A stretch of DNA of 63,279 nucleotides, counting the filler, from Reticulomyxa filosa (Eukaryota > Protista > Foraminifera), in the NCBI GenBank assembly GCA_000512085.1. It is 13 parts of 13 records of this genome, joined end to end, with 100 filler letters (N's around TTAATTAATTAA, not from the genome) between each part and the next. Parts side by side here need not be neighbours in the genome. Positions count along the whole stretch, not along the records: positions 40,404 to 44,883 come from ASPP01012642.1; positions 44,984 to 48,761 come from ASPP01028743.1; positions 48,862 to 58,680 come from ASPP01032852.1; 10 more parts are not named here. One strand, written 5' to 3'. Shown in pieces: positions 40,404 to 53,636 of this stretch. Position 1 is the first letter of the stretch; every line of letters begins with the position of its first letter. The notes under the pieces were generated by a model. That model saw only the letters and a program-made list of their open reading frames with translations. It searched no databases and was not told the DNA's origin. Position numbers and translations under genes: made by a program.

Positions 40404-41444
40404 AGAGCATAGAAAAGAGAGAACAAAAATGAAAATGTTATTCCACACGGAACTCCCATGGCGAATACCTTTTCTTATCGAGACTGAATAACTCTTCACC
40501 TGCGAATCTAGAGTTTTGTCGACGATGTTGGCCTTGGCCTTGTTCTTGTTCTTGTGATTGTGATTGTGATTGTGATAGTTGTGGTTGTGATTGTGGCTGT
40601 GGTGACATATCTCCATTGGTCATCACACCACCATTCGTATGAATGTGATTGCTATCATAACTTTGTGTTGTGCCCTTTGTGGTCGGACCCTGCGCTGTTT
40701 TGTGAGTGGGGTCGTGGCCATTAGTTGCGTGGACACGACCATCGTTCGTATCGTTCGTATGTGTATGTACATTGCCATGGTGACCCCCTGTCCCGTCCTC
40801 GTTCTTTTCGTGAGCACTCAACGATGTCTCGTATTGTCCCTTTGTCGTCGTCATCGTTGTCGTGTTGCTGTCATCCAATTGATCCCCCCCAGGCGTTGTC
40901 GTTTCCTTTTCCTCATTGCCGTCTTCTGACAACCTTGACAGCACTGAGGGGGACTTGTCTGCTTCCAAATTTTCCATCGATTTCTGTATCCCACATATGT
41001 ATATACATATACATATTACTTTTTTTTTTTTTAAAATATATAAAAAAAAGTGTCCCCCCCCTTTATAGTATCAACAACAAACAAAATTATTATTTGTTTA
41101 ACATTCAGTTTCACACGCAATGATTTGTCTTTTGATGGACTGACGGAAAGGTATGAATCCGGTTGCTTAGGGGTTCCTTCATAAGCTCTTTATATGTATG
41201 TATATAATTTATTTTTTTTAATGGCAATATATTGAACTCTCTCCTTTCAAAAAATTAAAAGGGAGAACGGACATAAAGTTTTGTTGTATTACATGTCTTT
41301 TAAATTATTTTCTGCATCATGTGTCAACACTCGTATTATCGCTCGCAGCTTTTCCATTTCTGCTGCTGTCGCCTGGATTAGCTCCAGCTTTGAGCACTTC
41401 AGCCGAGATATCTCTTCTCGCAATTTTGAGGCCTCAGTGGACAT
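40404..41444 (-). CDS. Hypothetical protein with N-terminal coiled coil and T/Q/S low-complexity region (3' truncated)
   Basis: MSTEASKLREEISRLKCSKLELIQATAAEMEKLRAII exon starting at 41444, plus the 179-aa ORF 40438-40977 with QS repeats. Confidence 0.45.
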
Positions 41445-42883
41445 TGTCTATTCTTTAACTTCAAAACAAACCAATAAAAGTGCAACACGGCCAAAGCTTA
41501 GGCACGAAAAGATAATTATCACTTTTTTAATCAAACACCCTTTTTTCCCTGTTTAAAAACGATATTGACATAATCTTCTATTTGCTAAACTGTTAAATTT
41601 TTTGCAAATAAAAGCAAGAACAAATAATTTGTACTTTTTTAATTAACACAAGACTAAAACAATAAGCAATAAACTATTGCATATTCAACATACAAACTGA
41701 AATTAAAGCGTATACATCAAACATATAAAAAAATTTAAAAAAAAAAATCAAATCATAAAACGTAACATAATACTTCAAAACCAAATCGTTGTGATTACTT
41801 TATTTCTTCTAAAAAGCACAATTGTAATAACTTACTCATTTCTCCATGCAAATTTTTTATTGATGATGCAGCATGTTAGGAATGGCAGTGTCAGTTAATT
41901 CATTTATCTTTTGTAGCTCTTTTGCAACAATTTAAATTAGATTGGACTTGAAGAGGTGACAAAGAAAAGCATTCAAATTTTCAGTGTGTACAAAATTTCG
42001 ATTTTTTTTGTGCCCATCAGTCCGAGGAATGACTATATTAAAAACCGACTTTATTGAGGAGTAGTAAAGGAAGAGTATATTCAAATTATGTGTATTAAGT
42101 GTGCAGATGTTTTCTTCTATTGCTAATTTTTTAAAGAGCTGCATGCGAGTTAAACAATAAACTCATCATCAAACCTAAAAAAAAACCGTCAATCCAAACA
42201 CACAAAAGCAAACAAAACGGAACAAAACAAAAACACACACAATCATGCACTTTTTCCAATGAGAAGAAAAAAAACAGATTTTCTTATCATATACAAAGGG
42301 TAACAACGCAAAACAATAAAGTAAACATTGAAGATCGAAGGTTTCTGATTGGTTGTTGATAATTTTGCTCAAACAATACCAATAAGAGCAAAAAAAAAAA
42401 AAAAAAAATATCAGATAAGAAAAAATAATAAGAAAAACAAAAAACATTGCTTTTTTTACTTGTTCTTAACCGTAAATTTAATATTCCATTTCAACTCAGT
42501 TGTTGAGGGGAAATGTTGGTGCCACAGACAAAGTGATGGCATTTCAACTTTGTTTTTTGTTTTTTTTTTGGCTGTGACCTCTCTACTTTTTTTTCCAAAA
42601 AAAAAAAAAATTAAGAATAAAAATAAGAATAGAAATAAAATAACAGAAAATGGCACGTTCACAAATCCCAAAAAAAAAATGTTTGATTACATATCTGCAA
42701 TCAGATTATTCTCACCACCAAACGAGGATTGATTTATGCACCTTGCAAGAGCAGAGGAGGAGATAATGTAACAAACAAACAAAGAAACAACAATTTCTTA
42801 TTTGTATGAGCTTTTGCTTTGATTTGATTTGTTTGTTTATTTGTCGATGAGTACATACAATGTAAAAAATGGAGTCAGGCAAA

Positions 42884-43003
42884 CTACTTTTTCAAATCTT
42901 TTTGTGAGTGGGTCATTCCTCGGTTTTTGACCGTTGCAGCGCTAAGCAATTTTATCCATTTTGCTTTCACGTTTTCTCTCTGTCCAAACAAACAAACAAA
43001 CAA

Positions 43004-43034
<31 letters not shown>

Positions 43035-44180
43035 TATATAAATACAAATATATAAATATATATGTATATATATAAATACAACAGAACCAAGTTGTCCAAA
43101 TGAGGTCTACAATTGCGTGTAAACTCATCCAACAACGACGAGTTAGCAGTTGCAGTATGCAATGCGGTCTGCAGACAATAGTTTCCGTACTTGTCGCTAA
43201 TCAACTCACCGGCCTTGTTGCACAACTCGCGGACGATGACGGCGGTCCAGTCTTTGGGGTTGGGATGTTCGGAGGTGGTTTCGGTGTGCGAGTGTTGGAG
43301 ACACTTTTCGACGACATTGGAGGAGAACTTTTGTTTGGAGTAGCGCACAAACTTGCCATGCATTTTCTCTTTGATTCCATCGGTGACAGACCGAGGTCCA
43401 ATCTCCAGTAAATGTTGGATGATGTAATTTCCGTATTGATTTTCCACCAATTCATTGGTGTGTTTCACAATGGCGTTGTATACGCCGAGCATGTCGTCAG
43501 CGGGGCCAATGTCGATCACCGATTTCATCACGCGCAGTCCGTAATGGTCTGTCGCGAACTCGACGGGATACGTCATCATGGCCTTATGGATAAACTTGGT
43601 CCACGGGTATTTGCATCGTTGCAAATATCGCAGTATCACAAAGTGTCCCGAGTTGCTCAGGATGATCTTCTTAATGTCCGATTGCAGCATGCGCACAAAC
43701 TGCTCCATCTGATCCATGTCCGTGAACGCCTCCATCAGCGATTGGATGCTGAACGACCCTTGCTTGTGACACGCGATCACGCCAATGTTCTTTTCGATGC
43801 GCTTCAGAATTTCCAGCTTTTTCGGCTCCGACGCTTGACTAAACAGCGTCTCCACGACGTAGTGTCCAAAGTTGTCCATCATCAGCTCCGGAATGCACGC
43901 ATACAGCTCGTTGTACAGCGTGTTGAATGCGTTCCCGTCGCGCAGCTTCTCTTGCACCAATCGGTATCCCTCCTGATGCTTGCTCAACAAACGCACGTTG
44001 CCACTTATGTCAAAGGTCGAATTCACGTTGCCATTGTAAGAAGAAGAAGAAGAAGAGGGCGGAGGAGGAGGAGGATGAGAATGAGAATGAGAATGAGGAT
44101 AAGAATTAGAATGAGGAATGGGATGAGGATGAGGATGAGGATGAGAAGGATGGCCGAGCCAAATTATAATATTTATATAT

Positions 44181-44214
<34 letters not shown>

Positions 44215-44820
44215 TGTTGTATATGTTTATATAATATGTGCATTTTGTTTGATTTAACTTCGTTGAGATTGAAAGTGAATATTATACGGATCATTGACCA
44301 AGAGATTCACATTTACGTTATCACCGTAGTGATTGGAAGGAGTTTGGGGAGACAGAATAGAAATCGGAGTGACTCCAGTTGTGGCTGTGGTTGATGTCGA
44401 ATTGCCATTGTTAGTTGCAGATCCAACTCCTCCTCCTCCTCCTCCTCCTACTCCCATCCCTATTCCCATTAAAGGCACTATTGTATTAACCTTGTTGGCG
44501 ACCATTGGACGAGGCGAAGAGACGCCAATTCCATTCACACCGCCGTTATGCACTGAAGGAGTAGTGACATTCCAATGCTGCAGCAAATTTACAAACGGTT
44601 GGTGCGACAATAATTGCGTCAACATCTGGCTGTTCATAGTCGCGTGGTTGTCTACATTCACTGCGCTACTGCTGGGATCGGGCGTTGTCATGTCCGCATT
44701 GTCCGCATTGTCCGCGCTCATCTGAGTGTCACAAGGTGTGCTTGCTATTGTTAATTCGTTCGATTTGTTCGAGCCCGTTGTTTTTGTCGTTGTTGTTGTT
44801 GTTGTTGTTGCTGTTGCGTC
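42884..44820 (-). CDS. Pumilio/PUF RNA-binding protein (8 repeats; in-frame 108-nt intron 42980-43087; 5' partial)
   Basis: Eight PUF repeats, for example VENQYGNYIIQHLL, SKQKFSSNVVEKCL and ISDKYGNYCLQTAL, with a low-complexity N-terminal region (HP/S repeats, G/N/T-rich). Confidence 0.95.
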
Positions 44821-44842
44821 TGCACACGACGGGTATTTCTCC

Positions 44843-44883
<41 letters not shown>

Positions 44884-45585
44884 NNNNNNNNNNNNNNNNN
44901 NNNNNNNNNNNNNNNNNNNNNNNNNNNTTAATTAATTAANNNNNNNNNNNNNNNNNNNNNNNNNNNNNNNNNNNNNNNNNNNNCTTTTTCTTGATAATAC
45001 GTATTTCCTTCATCATTTAGTTTGAGCTCTTTCTTCCGGATGGACTTTGTATCAGTACATCCGAATTTTGATGATTTGGTATCGCTACAGCTTGCATTTT
45101 TTTGCTTTTGCGGACATTTTCGATTTGAAATTGCTTTGGAAAATGCAAGTGAAAAGATGAAAAAGGGTCCTAAAGAGTGGAAAAAATAATACCACACATC
45201 ATATTTGAACTTTTCAATTTTTTACTTCTCATCTCCCTCCTTTGTGATAGCAAACAAGACTTGGATCTCGTTTGACAATGCTGGTGCTATGATGAACATT
45301 GATGACACCCTTATGTACAGTTTTACATTTTGAAATCATTTGAAAAAAAAACGCTACACTCGATTTTATGTTTAAAGCCATTTTGATCATTTCTTGTTAT
45401 TATGTGTTGGTTAATTCCAATGTTTCAAAGAATCGTATTTTATATTTATTGACAATTATTTTTCTGCTTTTGAAGAACATTTATTGAGCATATTTTTTTT
45501 CCTCAAAAATAGTATGTGATGAAATTTTTTTCAAACGTTCTTACACAAACCTCAGAAAAAGGGCCTCCAACGAAAGGATTCGAAC

Positions 45586-46998
45586 ATGTCCACAGTTGGT
45601 TTTTGTAAAGCTCCTCATTATATTCACTCTTTAGTTGGAACAGAATTTGTCCTCAGCTTAATCTTGTTCCCTTTACATTTGACGTTGTTCAGCTTTGCTG
45701 TGCATCATTTACGGACACTAGACAAGAAAGCTGCATTTAATTTGCGAACCACTAGCATTTTATACCAAATTTCAGCATGTTGCAATTCATTTGCGAACTT
45801 TTTTGAATTTGTCATTGCGAAGCCGTTACAACTTGCGAAATATTTCCCGTTTCGTGTACTTCAAAAATAAAAAAACTACGTATACCCCGCTTAAAAAAAA
45901 AAAAAAAAAGATCCACATAATTTTGCGTCCATATTGATTTCATAGATACTGTCAAATCATACAATTTTTATTGTGGATGTCAGCAATCACTGCATATATT
46001 TTTCTGCAGTTTTTTTGGTATAATCGATTAGTTGCAGTATTTGACAACTCTACATTTCAATTGCCTAAGCTGTTGAAAAACGGTCTACGTTATGGAATTT
46101 ATTGTTCTTGCGCTTATTTTATTCCGTTGGGCTTGGTCATTTCTTTCAGTAGCCGTTGTCGAGTTCATGTTATTCCAATAGACGGAAATATTTTTCACAC
46201 GCCAGACAGTCATTTATATCGATGTGAAGGTAAGTCGAGCAACATATGCGTGCAAATATACACATACGTGCATGTAGATGAAGGTGCATAGTTTATGCGT
46301 TATTTGCAATCTTTACCTTAAAAAGAAAAATTTTGTTTGGGTTTGTTGTTTGGAAATGAAAAAGGCTGGAATTATTATGCAATGATACTGTTAGTTTCTG
46401 GTGGCACCGTGGCAGTATTTTTTTTGAATGTGATAATTGCTTATAGCTATGTTATTCGTATGATCCAAACTGTACAAAATGTTCGCAGAAAATCCAATGC
46501 ACACATCCGCAACAATACCTTTGCACATATCCGAAAATCGGTTCTTGTGGCTGTTACCAGTATTGCTAGCTCCTTAGTTTTCTTATTGCTAACTGCCATA
46601 TTTATTCAATACAGGATCTATGGTACCTTTTTTTTTTTTGCTTCTCCATATAGACATTTTTTTTTTGCTTGTTTTCGTATACAACAGCACTTGTGAATAT
46701 TGATCTATTTCTTAATGCCATGCTAATATTATGCCCATTCCGTTTTGGTGAAAAATTATATTTTTTTCTCTTTTATTATTGCAATAAGTTCAATCTCATG
46801 AATACGGGCTTGGATCGGCTTGTATTACATATAAGTCACGAAAAAACTCAAACAACTCAAGAAAATACTGTAACCACGCTGACAGAAAAACAAGTTGATT
46901 CTCCCATTGGAGGCAACGACATTAGCTCCATAAATAATCAGGTGCCGACCAGCACTGGTGTTGAATTCACTGAAACACGCAATCCTACAGCAAAGTAA
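45586..46998 (+). CDS. Orphan seven-transmembrane (GPCR-like) protein, 4 exons
   Basis: About 7 hydrophobic segments across four ORFs, a Cys at the start of TM3 (YCQIIQ), NRL after TM3, a basic third loop, NIDLFLNAMLI in the last TM and a polar C-tail. Confidence 0.6.
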
Positions 46999-47533
46999 AG
47001 CCCCTTAAGATATTAATCCAAAACCTTTCATTGTTTCATTTTCTATTTTGTAAATCAAACAAAAATGACGAAAAATACTTGACGGATGCGAGCAGTATAT
47101 TCAATATTTGTTACTTTAAATGTAAGAAATTGTTGTGCATATAACTTGTCCATCTTTTACATTTTCTTAATATACATTTCCTTCCTTGAAGAATTTACAA
47201 ATCTTTTTTAAACATCTTCGAGGAACATTATCCTTTGTTGAAGTAAAGAAGCATGTGAATAAAGAAAAGTGTATGAAAGGAATAAACTGCCATAGCATTT
47301 CAAAAATTGCCTCATTACAGTGTCGTTTGGACTAAAATCGGTCGAGTAAGAAGAATTGAGGCTGTGGATAATTGCAAAAGGGCATACAAAATTTTTATTT
47401 GATAAAATTTAATTCTTTTACTGCACAGAAAGAATAGGGTTGCATTCATGTTTAAAACCTTGTAACATGTGAGCAAAAAACACATCCAAGAAAGGTTTAA
47501 ATGCAACCTTCATATTTTTTTAAAAAAGAATGT

Positions 47534-48723
47534 TTATTTTGCTAATTCATTCTGTATTTGAACATCGGACTTTTCTTTTGTTTCGGGAACGTACCATGCC
47601 ACAAACAAAATTCCTAATCCACAAACAATTGCAAAAGGGACATAGTAAACGTAGTCGACCACAGTATTAGCAAATTGAGCAATCAAAAGATTGCTTATCC
47701 AATTGGCACCAGAAGCAGCACTCATAATCTTGCCACGGTGGGAAGAAGGGGTGATCTCGGACACAATTAACCATGGAATGGGGCCTGTTGTTGATCCAGT
47801 GCACATGTGAAAAAGTGCAAGCAAAAAAAAAAAAAAAACAAAACAAAAAAGATAACCTAGTCCAAATTCAAAGAAGATGACGTAAAAAACCATGAAAACG
47901 ACGCAAAGATATCCCCATGCATGTGATTGATTCTTAAAATACAAGCCAATGGATAATAAAATAGACGAGACAACCATTCCACTGAGACTTAAAAACAACA
48001 ACATACGACGACCTGATCGATCCATTAATACAACAGCGACAAAGACAGCAAGGAAATTGGCGACACACACAGCAACAATGGCAACCCATTGCTGGAGAGA
48101 ATTCTTTAAGCCAGCGCTATCGAAAGTATCTGAAGAATAATAAAAAACAGAGTTGATACCACTCAATTGCTGAAGTATTTGTAGTGTAATGCTAATGATA
48201 ATAGCTTTTCGAACAATGCGTTTCATGCGCTTATCCTCTAAAACCTCGTCAGACTCCAATAATGGTTCTTTTTCGATAGTGACTTATTAGCATCATTTTT
48301 ATATAACAAAATGTTTACAAATAATACTATTTTTTTTTTTTTTTTTATTAAAAAAAAAAACAAAACAAAAAGCAACACAACAGACCTAATATAATTTGTG
48401 TATACCTGGCTCTGAAGTAGCATTATTTGGTTGCTTATCTGGACGTGGTTCGTTCTTCATTGCCTCTTTGATCAAGCATATATCTATGTCGACATTGTCA
48501 CATTCGCGTAGCCATCGGAGTATCTTTCGAGCCTCTTTTTCCTTCTCTTGTTCGAGTTCAGGAGGCACACTCTTTTGCATCACCCATTTGGGAGACTCCG
48601 GGAACCACTTCCAGAAAAAGAGTTGAATAAAGCATGGGATGGCACTAAATCCCAACAAAATTTTCCACAAATCGAAATGATTTGTCCCCAATAACGCATG
48701 GTATCCTAGTACATCTGTCACAC
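47534..48723 (-). CDS. MFS sugar porter (GLUT-like hexose transporter), 5' truncated
   Basis: PESPKW, LQQLSGINSVFYYS, DRSGRR, GPIPWLIVSEI and VPETK signature motifs. Confidence 0.95.
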
Positions 48724-48724
48724 T

Positions 48725-48761
<37 letters not shown>

Positions 48762-49266
48762 NNNNNNNNNNNNNNNNNNNNNNNNNNNNNNNNNNNNNNN
48801 NNNNNTTAATTAATTAANNNNNNNNNNNNNNNNNNNNNNNNNNNNNNNNNNNNNNNNNNNNGCGTTCAGTTTTCTTTGCAACCTACTGTAAGATAAAATA
48901 AACTGTATTTCTAAAAGTAAAGAACTTGAAATACAATTTTTTTATTAATTTTTTAAAAGTTCATTTGTCGTTAAATTTCCAATTAAAAAACAAGACCCCA
49001 AATACAAATAATCGATATGAAAGCACTAAGTCAACGCAGTTATAATGCAAATTTATACATTGCACGATTTGAAATGCCATTAACAAATCCAAGAAGCAAA
49101 TGTTGTGTGTTGTACTGCAGAAAAGAAAGGGACTATTTAATTAACGAAAGACTCTTTGCATCAATCATTTGAATAAAATTTGAAGATAAAAATTCAGTTA
49201 AAACAAAATAAGCAGCGATGTCTCACAAATACCCTTTTTTCTCAATGAAAAAATGCAAAGAACAAT

Positions 49267-50082
49267 TTATTTAGCGGCTCGAAGTGCCCTCCTTTCACCT
49301 TTCATCTTGGCGTGGAAACCAGCTTTGATAGGTTCAACACTTCTTTTTGCGTGACAGACATTGCAAGACAAAATGAACAATCGAGTAGAAGCATCCCTAG
49401 TCATGTTTGTTTCAGGACTTCGACAGTTGGAGCATCGTACATACTCTTTAATGTATTTTGTCAAAATACTTTGAATTTGCTGCGTTTTCCATCGTCCTTT
49501 CAAGATCAAATTGTTATCCGCATTTAAGTTTCCATCAGTATTCATTTCAGTCAAAAAAAATGATCGAACATGCTCAACATTTCGATTCATTTCCTTACAA
49601 GTTTCAGCAAAATTATTCCATCCGGTTTTTCTGCTTCCTATATATGCAGTATTTGGTGGAGGTAACTTACGCTGCATTTTGCCTTTATGAAAATTGGGAT
49701 TTTTTGCTTCCAATTCATGATATACTCGTCGAAGCAATACTGTGTATAGAATACGACCCGACGCATTGATAGCTTTTTTTTTTTTTATTACAAAAAAACC
49801 CTTTTTCAACATTTAAGTACAAATACAAATTGAGATATAATGGAAAAAAAAAAATTAATAACTTAGTTCATCTGTATTGCCATGTAAATCAATTGGTTTT
49901 ATTATTCGTGTTCGATGACGTTTTTTTGTTGCAAGAAGGGTAGTGAATTTTTGTACTGCTTCTGCTTTTCTTTTTTCTTCTCGCTCAGTGGAAATCGCAC
50001 CGATCATGTCTAAGCCCATCCCATCATCACAATGGATGTGTGCAGTATCGGTTGCATCACCTCTCGTTTCTTCGAACATCAT
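49267..50082 (-). CDS. EIF2S2: Translation initiation factor eIF2 beta subunit-like (intron 49773-49862)
   Basis: KTGWNNFAETCKEMNR..EHVRSFFLTEM.T.G, LILKGRW, YIKEYVRCSNCRSPET and LSCNVCHAKRSV (C2-C2 zinc ribbon). Confidence 0.9.
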
Positions 50083-50342
50083 CAATATTTCTTTTAATTG
50101 GCTAAATAAAAATAATGTATACATAGAAAATGTTTCTTAGCTTATCAACACTTTTTTTTTGTTGAAAATAATACAATGATACATTTTGGAAGGAAACAGT
50201 TTTACTTCTCATAAAAAGTAATTCTTCAAAAATAGCAGCAAATGACAAAAAAACAATCAATACAAATTCAAGAAGATGGTTACTTATTCTTTATCAAACA
50301 GAATTATTTCAACATTATATCCACTTATTTTTACTAATTTTA

Positions 50343-51533
50343 TTATCCCCAAATGTGCATTGATTGTCTAAAAGAACATGCTACAATAGCACTTCCATCA
50401 GAAGCAATATCTATTCCTGTCGGCTTCTTAGAATATCTTGTCAACTTTTGCACTTCTTTCCCTGATTTCGCATCCCACAAACAAATTGTGTCATCATATG
50501 AAGAGGATACGATAGTTCGACCATCGGGAAAATACTTTACACCATTCACAACACTTGAATGTCCTTCCAACTTTCTTAATTCTTTTCCTGTTTTTACGTT
50601 CCATATTCGAATTGTTGTATCATTTGAACAAGATACAATAAAGTGACCATTTGGAGAAAATCTTGCACACATTATAGAATCGTTGTGCCCTTTAAATTCT
50701 TTTAATCTTTTACCCGATGTTACGTCCCATAAATCAATTGTTTTGTCATATATGGATGTTGATATAATCATTTTACCATCTGATGAAAATTGTACATTTG
50801 TTATACTAGTTGAAGTTGTTTTCCATCTTTTAATTTCTTTTCCAGAACTTACATCCCATAATCGTATTGTTTTGTCAGACGAACCTGATACAATGGTTTT
50901 ACCATCTGGAGAGAAATGTACACTCCATATAGTATTTACATGCTCTTCTATTTGTTTAATTTGTTTTCCTGATTTCACATCCCATAATCGGATTGTTCTA
51001 TCTAATGATGATGATACAATAGTATTATCATCTGGTGAAAATTCTGCAGCAGTGACCCAATTTGAATGTCCATTGAAAATTTGAATTTGCTTTCTTGATG
51101 CAACGTCCCAGATTATAATTGTTTCATCATGTGATGACGAAAGAATTCTGCGATTATCTTTTGAGAATCTAACGGTCTTTACTGTGTCGGTGTGACTTTT
51201 AAAGGATCCCAAAAACCGAAAATATGTAATCTATATTTTGAAAGTATCACTATTCCTTACTTCAATTTCAACAAAAAAAAAAAAAAACAGAAAAATTTTA
51301 TTTAACGTATTTAGTAACAATCTTATCAAGATCATGGACCCATCCTACTTTCACATTTAAAATTCGAATCCAGTTTTGAGTTATTGCTTGTATTTCTTTT
51401 GCTGTCTGTTTTATTATTATTTCAAAACAGTTGTTTTTGTTACAGCAACCAAACAAAAATCTTACCAAAAGTGGTCTTCCTTCTGCGTCAAAACTGATAT
51501 TCTCATTTGCGTCAACAAAAAATTACAATCCAT
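50343..51533 (-). CDS. WD40-repeat protein (7 blades) preceded by a 33-codon module exon (51307-51405)
   Basis: Repeated GH..V....FSPDG..IVS.S.D.TIRLWD units; phase-0 intron 51231-51306; first exon uncertain. Confidence 0.92.
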
Positions 51534-51910
51534 TCAAATTTCTTTCGGTCAAAAATCAAATTTGAACTCTTCAAGGACAAACTTTGAACTTTTTAAAACT
51601 CTCTTTGTTTTGCGTGATTAAGAATACCAACAGTACAAACTGAAAAACTGCACACAAATCAGTATTGCAAACAATTACGTGAATGAATTTAAAGTGTTGT
51701 TTTGATGGATTTAAAAGAAAACAAAGTTTTTTTTATGAAGACTCAATGGAGATTATTAATTATTTTACAGCTTATTAAAGAAAAAACTGTTTGTTAACAC
51801 GTATCAAAATAAACGTGAAAAAAAGATAACAATTTATAAATTCAGTTTTTGATCATGCTTCCCTTGCCATTGATCAAGAGTACTACATTATAGTCAATAT
51901 GGGAAATTGT

Positions 51911-53099
51911 ATGACCATAGTCCCAACATCCGGGGTTTCACAAGCAAATGAAACCAAGGAACAGCGAATATCTTCGGTAATTGTGAGTTGTAATAAACAA
52001 AAAGAAAAAAAAATGGCTTAAGATACAAAACATAACTTCGTTAAATGTATGATGGAAAAAAAAAGAGTGCAGACGAAGTAAATCTTATAATAAACAACTG
52101 GATTCGACAATTGCCAATTAATTGGAGATGGATTCCTGATTTCAGTAAACTTGTTGGAAGATATGTTTAGTGAATTTTGATTTTGTTTGTTTATACTTTA
52201 CATCTTTTTTTTTTTTGAAATACAATCATTGATAGGCAAAATCTTTTAAACTGTCAAAATTCCTTGAAGGACATTCACACTACGTAAATACTGTAAAATT
52301 TTCACCAGATGGAACTAAAATTGTTTCGGCTTCTTGTGATAAGACAATTAGGATATGGGATATTAGATCAGGTAAAGAAATAAAACTATTAAAAGGACAT
52401 TCAGATATTGTTAATGAAGCACAATTTTCACCAGATGGAAGTACAATTGTATCATGTTCAAAAGATAATACAATTCGATTATGGGACATCTATTCAGGAC
52501 ATGAAATAAAGAGAATATATTTAAATAATATAGCCAGTGCTAAATTTACTTCAAATGGAAAAAGTATTGTTTTTAGCTTATGTAATGCCATTGGATTATG
52601 GGATATAACTACTGAACAAAATATCAAAATATTAGGTGATTTAGATATAACATGCAATTTGCAATGTTCACCAAATGATCAAATTGTTGTATTTGCATTG
52701 AATGACAATACAATTGTTATATGGAATGTAAAAACAAATGAAATAATACATAAATTAAAAGGACATTGTGGAACTGTAGAAAAAATAGCATTTTCTTCAA
52801 ATGGTCGTTTTATTGTGTCTTGTTCAAAAGATAAAACTATTCGATTATGGGACATAACATCAGGAAAAGGAATTAAAATTTTGGAAGGACATTCTGGTTG
52901 GGTAACAGATGCTCAGCCTTCATTAAACTTTCAAACTATTGTATCATGTTCATGGGATGCAATTCGGTTATGGGATGTCAATTCAGGACACGAAATAATG
53001 AAATTTAATGAATATTTAGGTGCAGTTGGAATAGACATTTCCCCAGATGGAAATACAATTGTATCATATTCGAGTCACACCATTCGATTGTGGAGATAA
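51911..53099 (+). CDS. WD40-repeat protein (exons 51911-51976, 52066-52164, 52236-53099)
   Basis: Frame is open from 52236 to the TAA at 53099 with 7 WD repeats; two phase-0 GT-AG introns. Confidence 0.92.
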
Positions 53100-53636
53100 G
53101 TACAAATTTTTTTATTGACTACATTTAAAGAGTTATTCTTCAGTGAACTAGTTGCTACAACACTGATGAAGCATTTATTTTTAAAAAGTGATATCAGGCA
53201 GTTTAGAAACTCCTCTATTTTGAACTTTCTGCAAAGTTAGTGATTTTTAAAAATTATATAGATTTCAACTTCTTTTCCTAATAATACTTTATAATTTGTA
53301 AAACAAAGATGCAATATGTATATGTTTGGAGATAACAAAAAATTACAAATTTTATCAAAGTACTAACTTCATACATGCAGTTGTAAGGGATATTGAAATA
53401 AAACAAATAACAAGATTGCATGTATTTAGAAGCAGTGATATGAACAAAAAAGTTAAAATTCATAGAAGGGTGTAATATCACGTTTAGTATAAAAAACGTG
53501 AAGTAATTTTCCAGATTCGTAAATAACAAGAAATCGTTCATTTAACCAATTTCATGACATAACAAGAATTCATAATGAAAATTTTGTAAAAATTTGTTTT
53601 ACAGCCAATTTTCAATTGTAAAATTCTTCAAATATC

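Noticed and set aside
43412-44194. 260-aa antisense ORF over the PUF gene (similar shadows over the WD40 and JmjC genes)
   Set aside because: Explained by the codon bias of the sense gene; the translation has no protein-like features and runs into microsatellite.
44030-44260. No AG acceptor on the minus strand between the upstream PUF exon and the HP-rich coding segment
   Set aside because: The junction lies next to a (TA)n tract where assembly errors are likely, so it is too weak to claim non-canonical splicing.
45560-45590. tRNA T-loop-like GTTCGAATCC on the minus strand
   Set aside because: No T-stem, acceptor stem or cloverleaf can be built around it.
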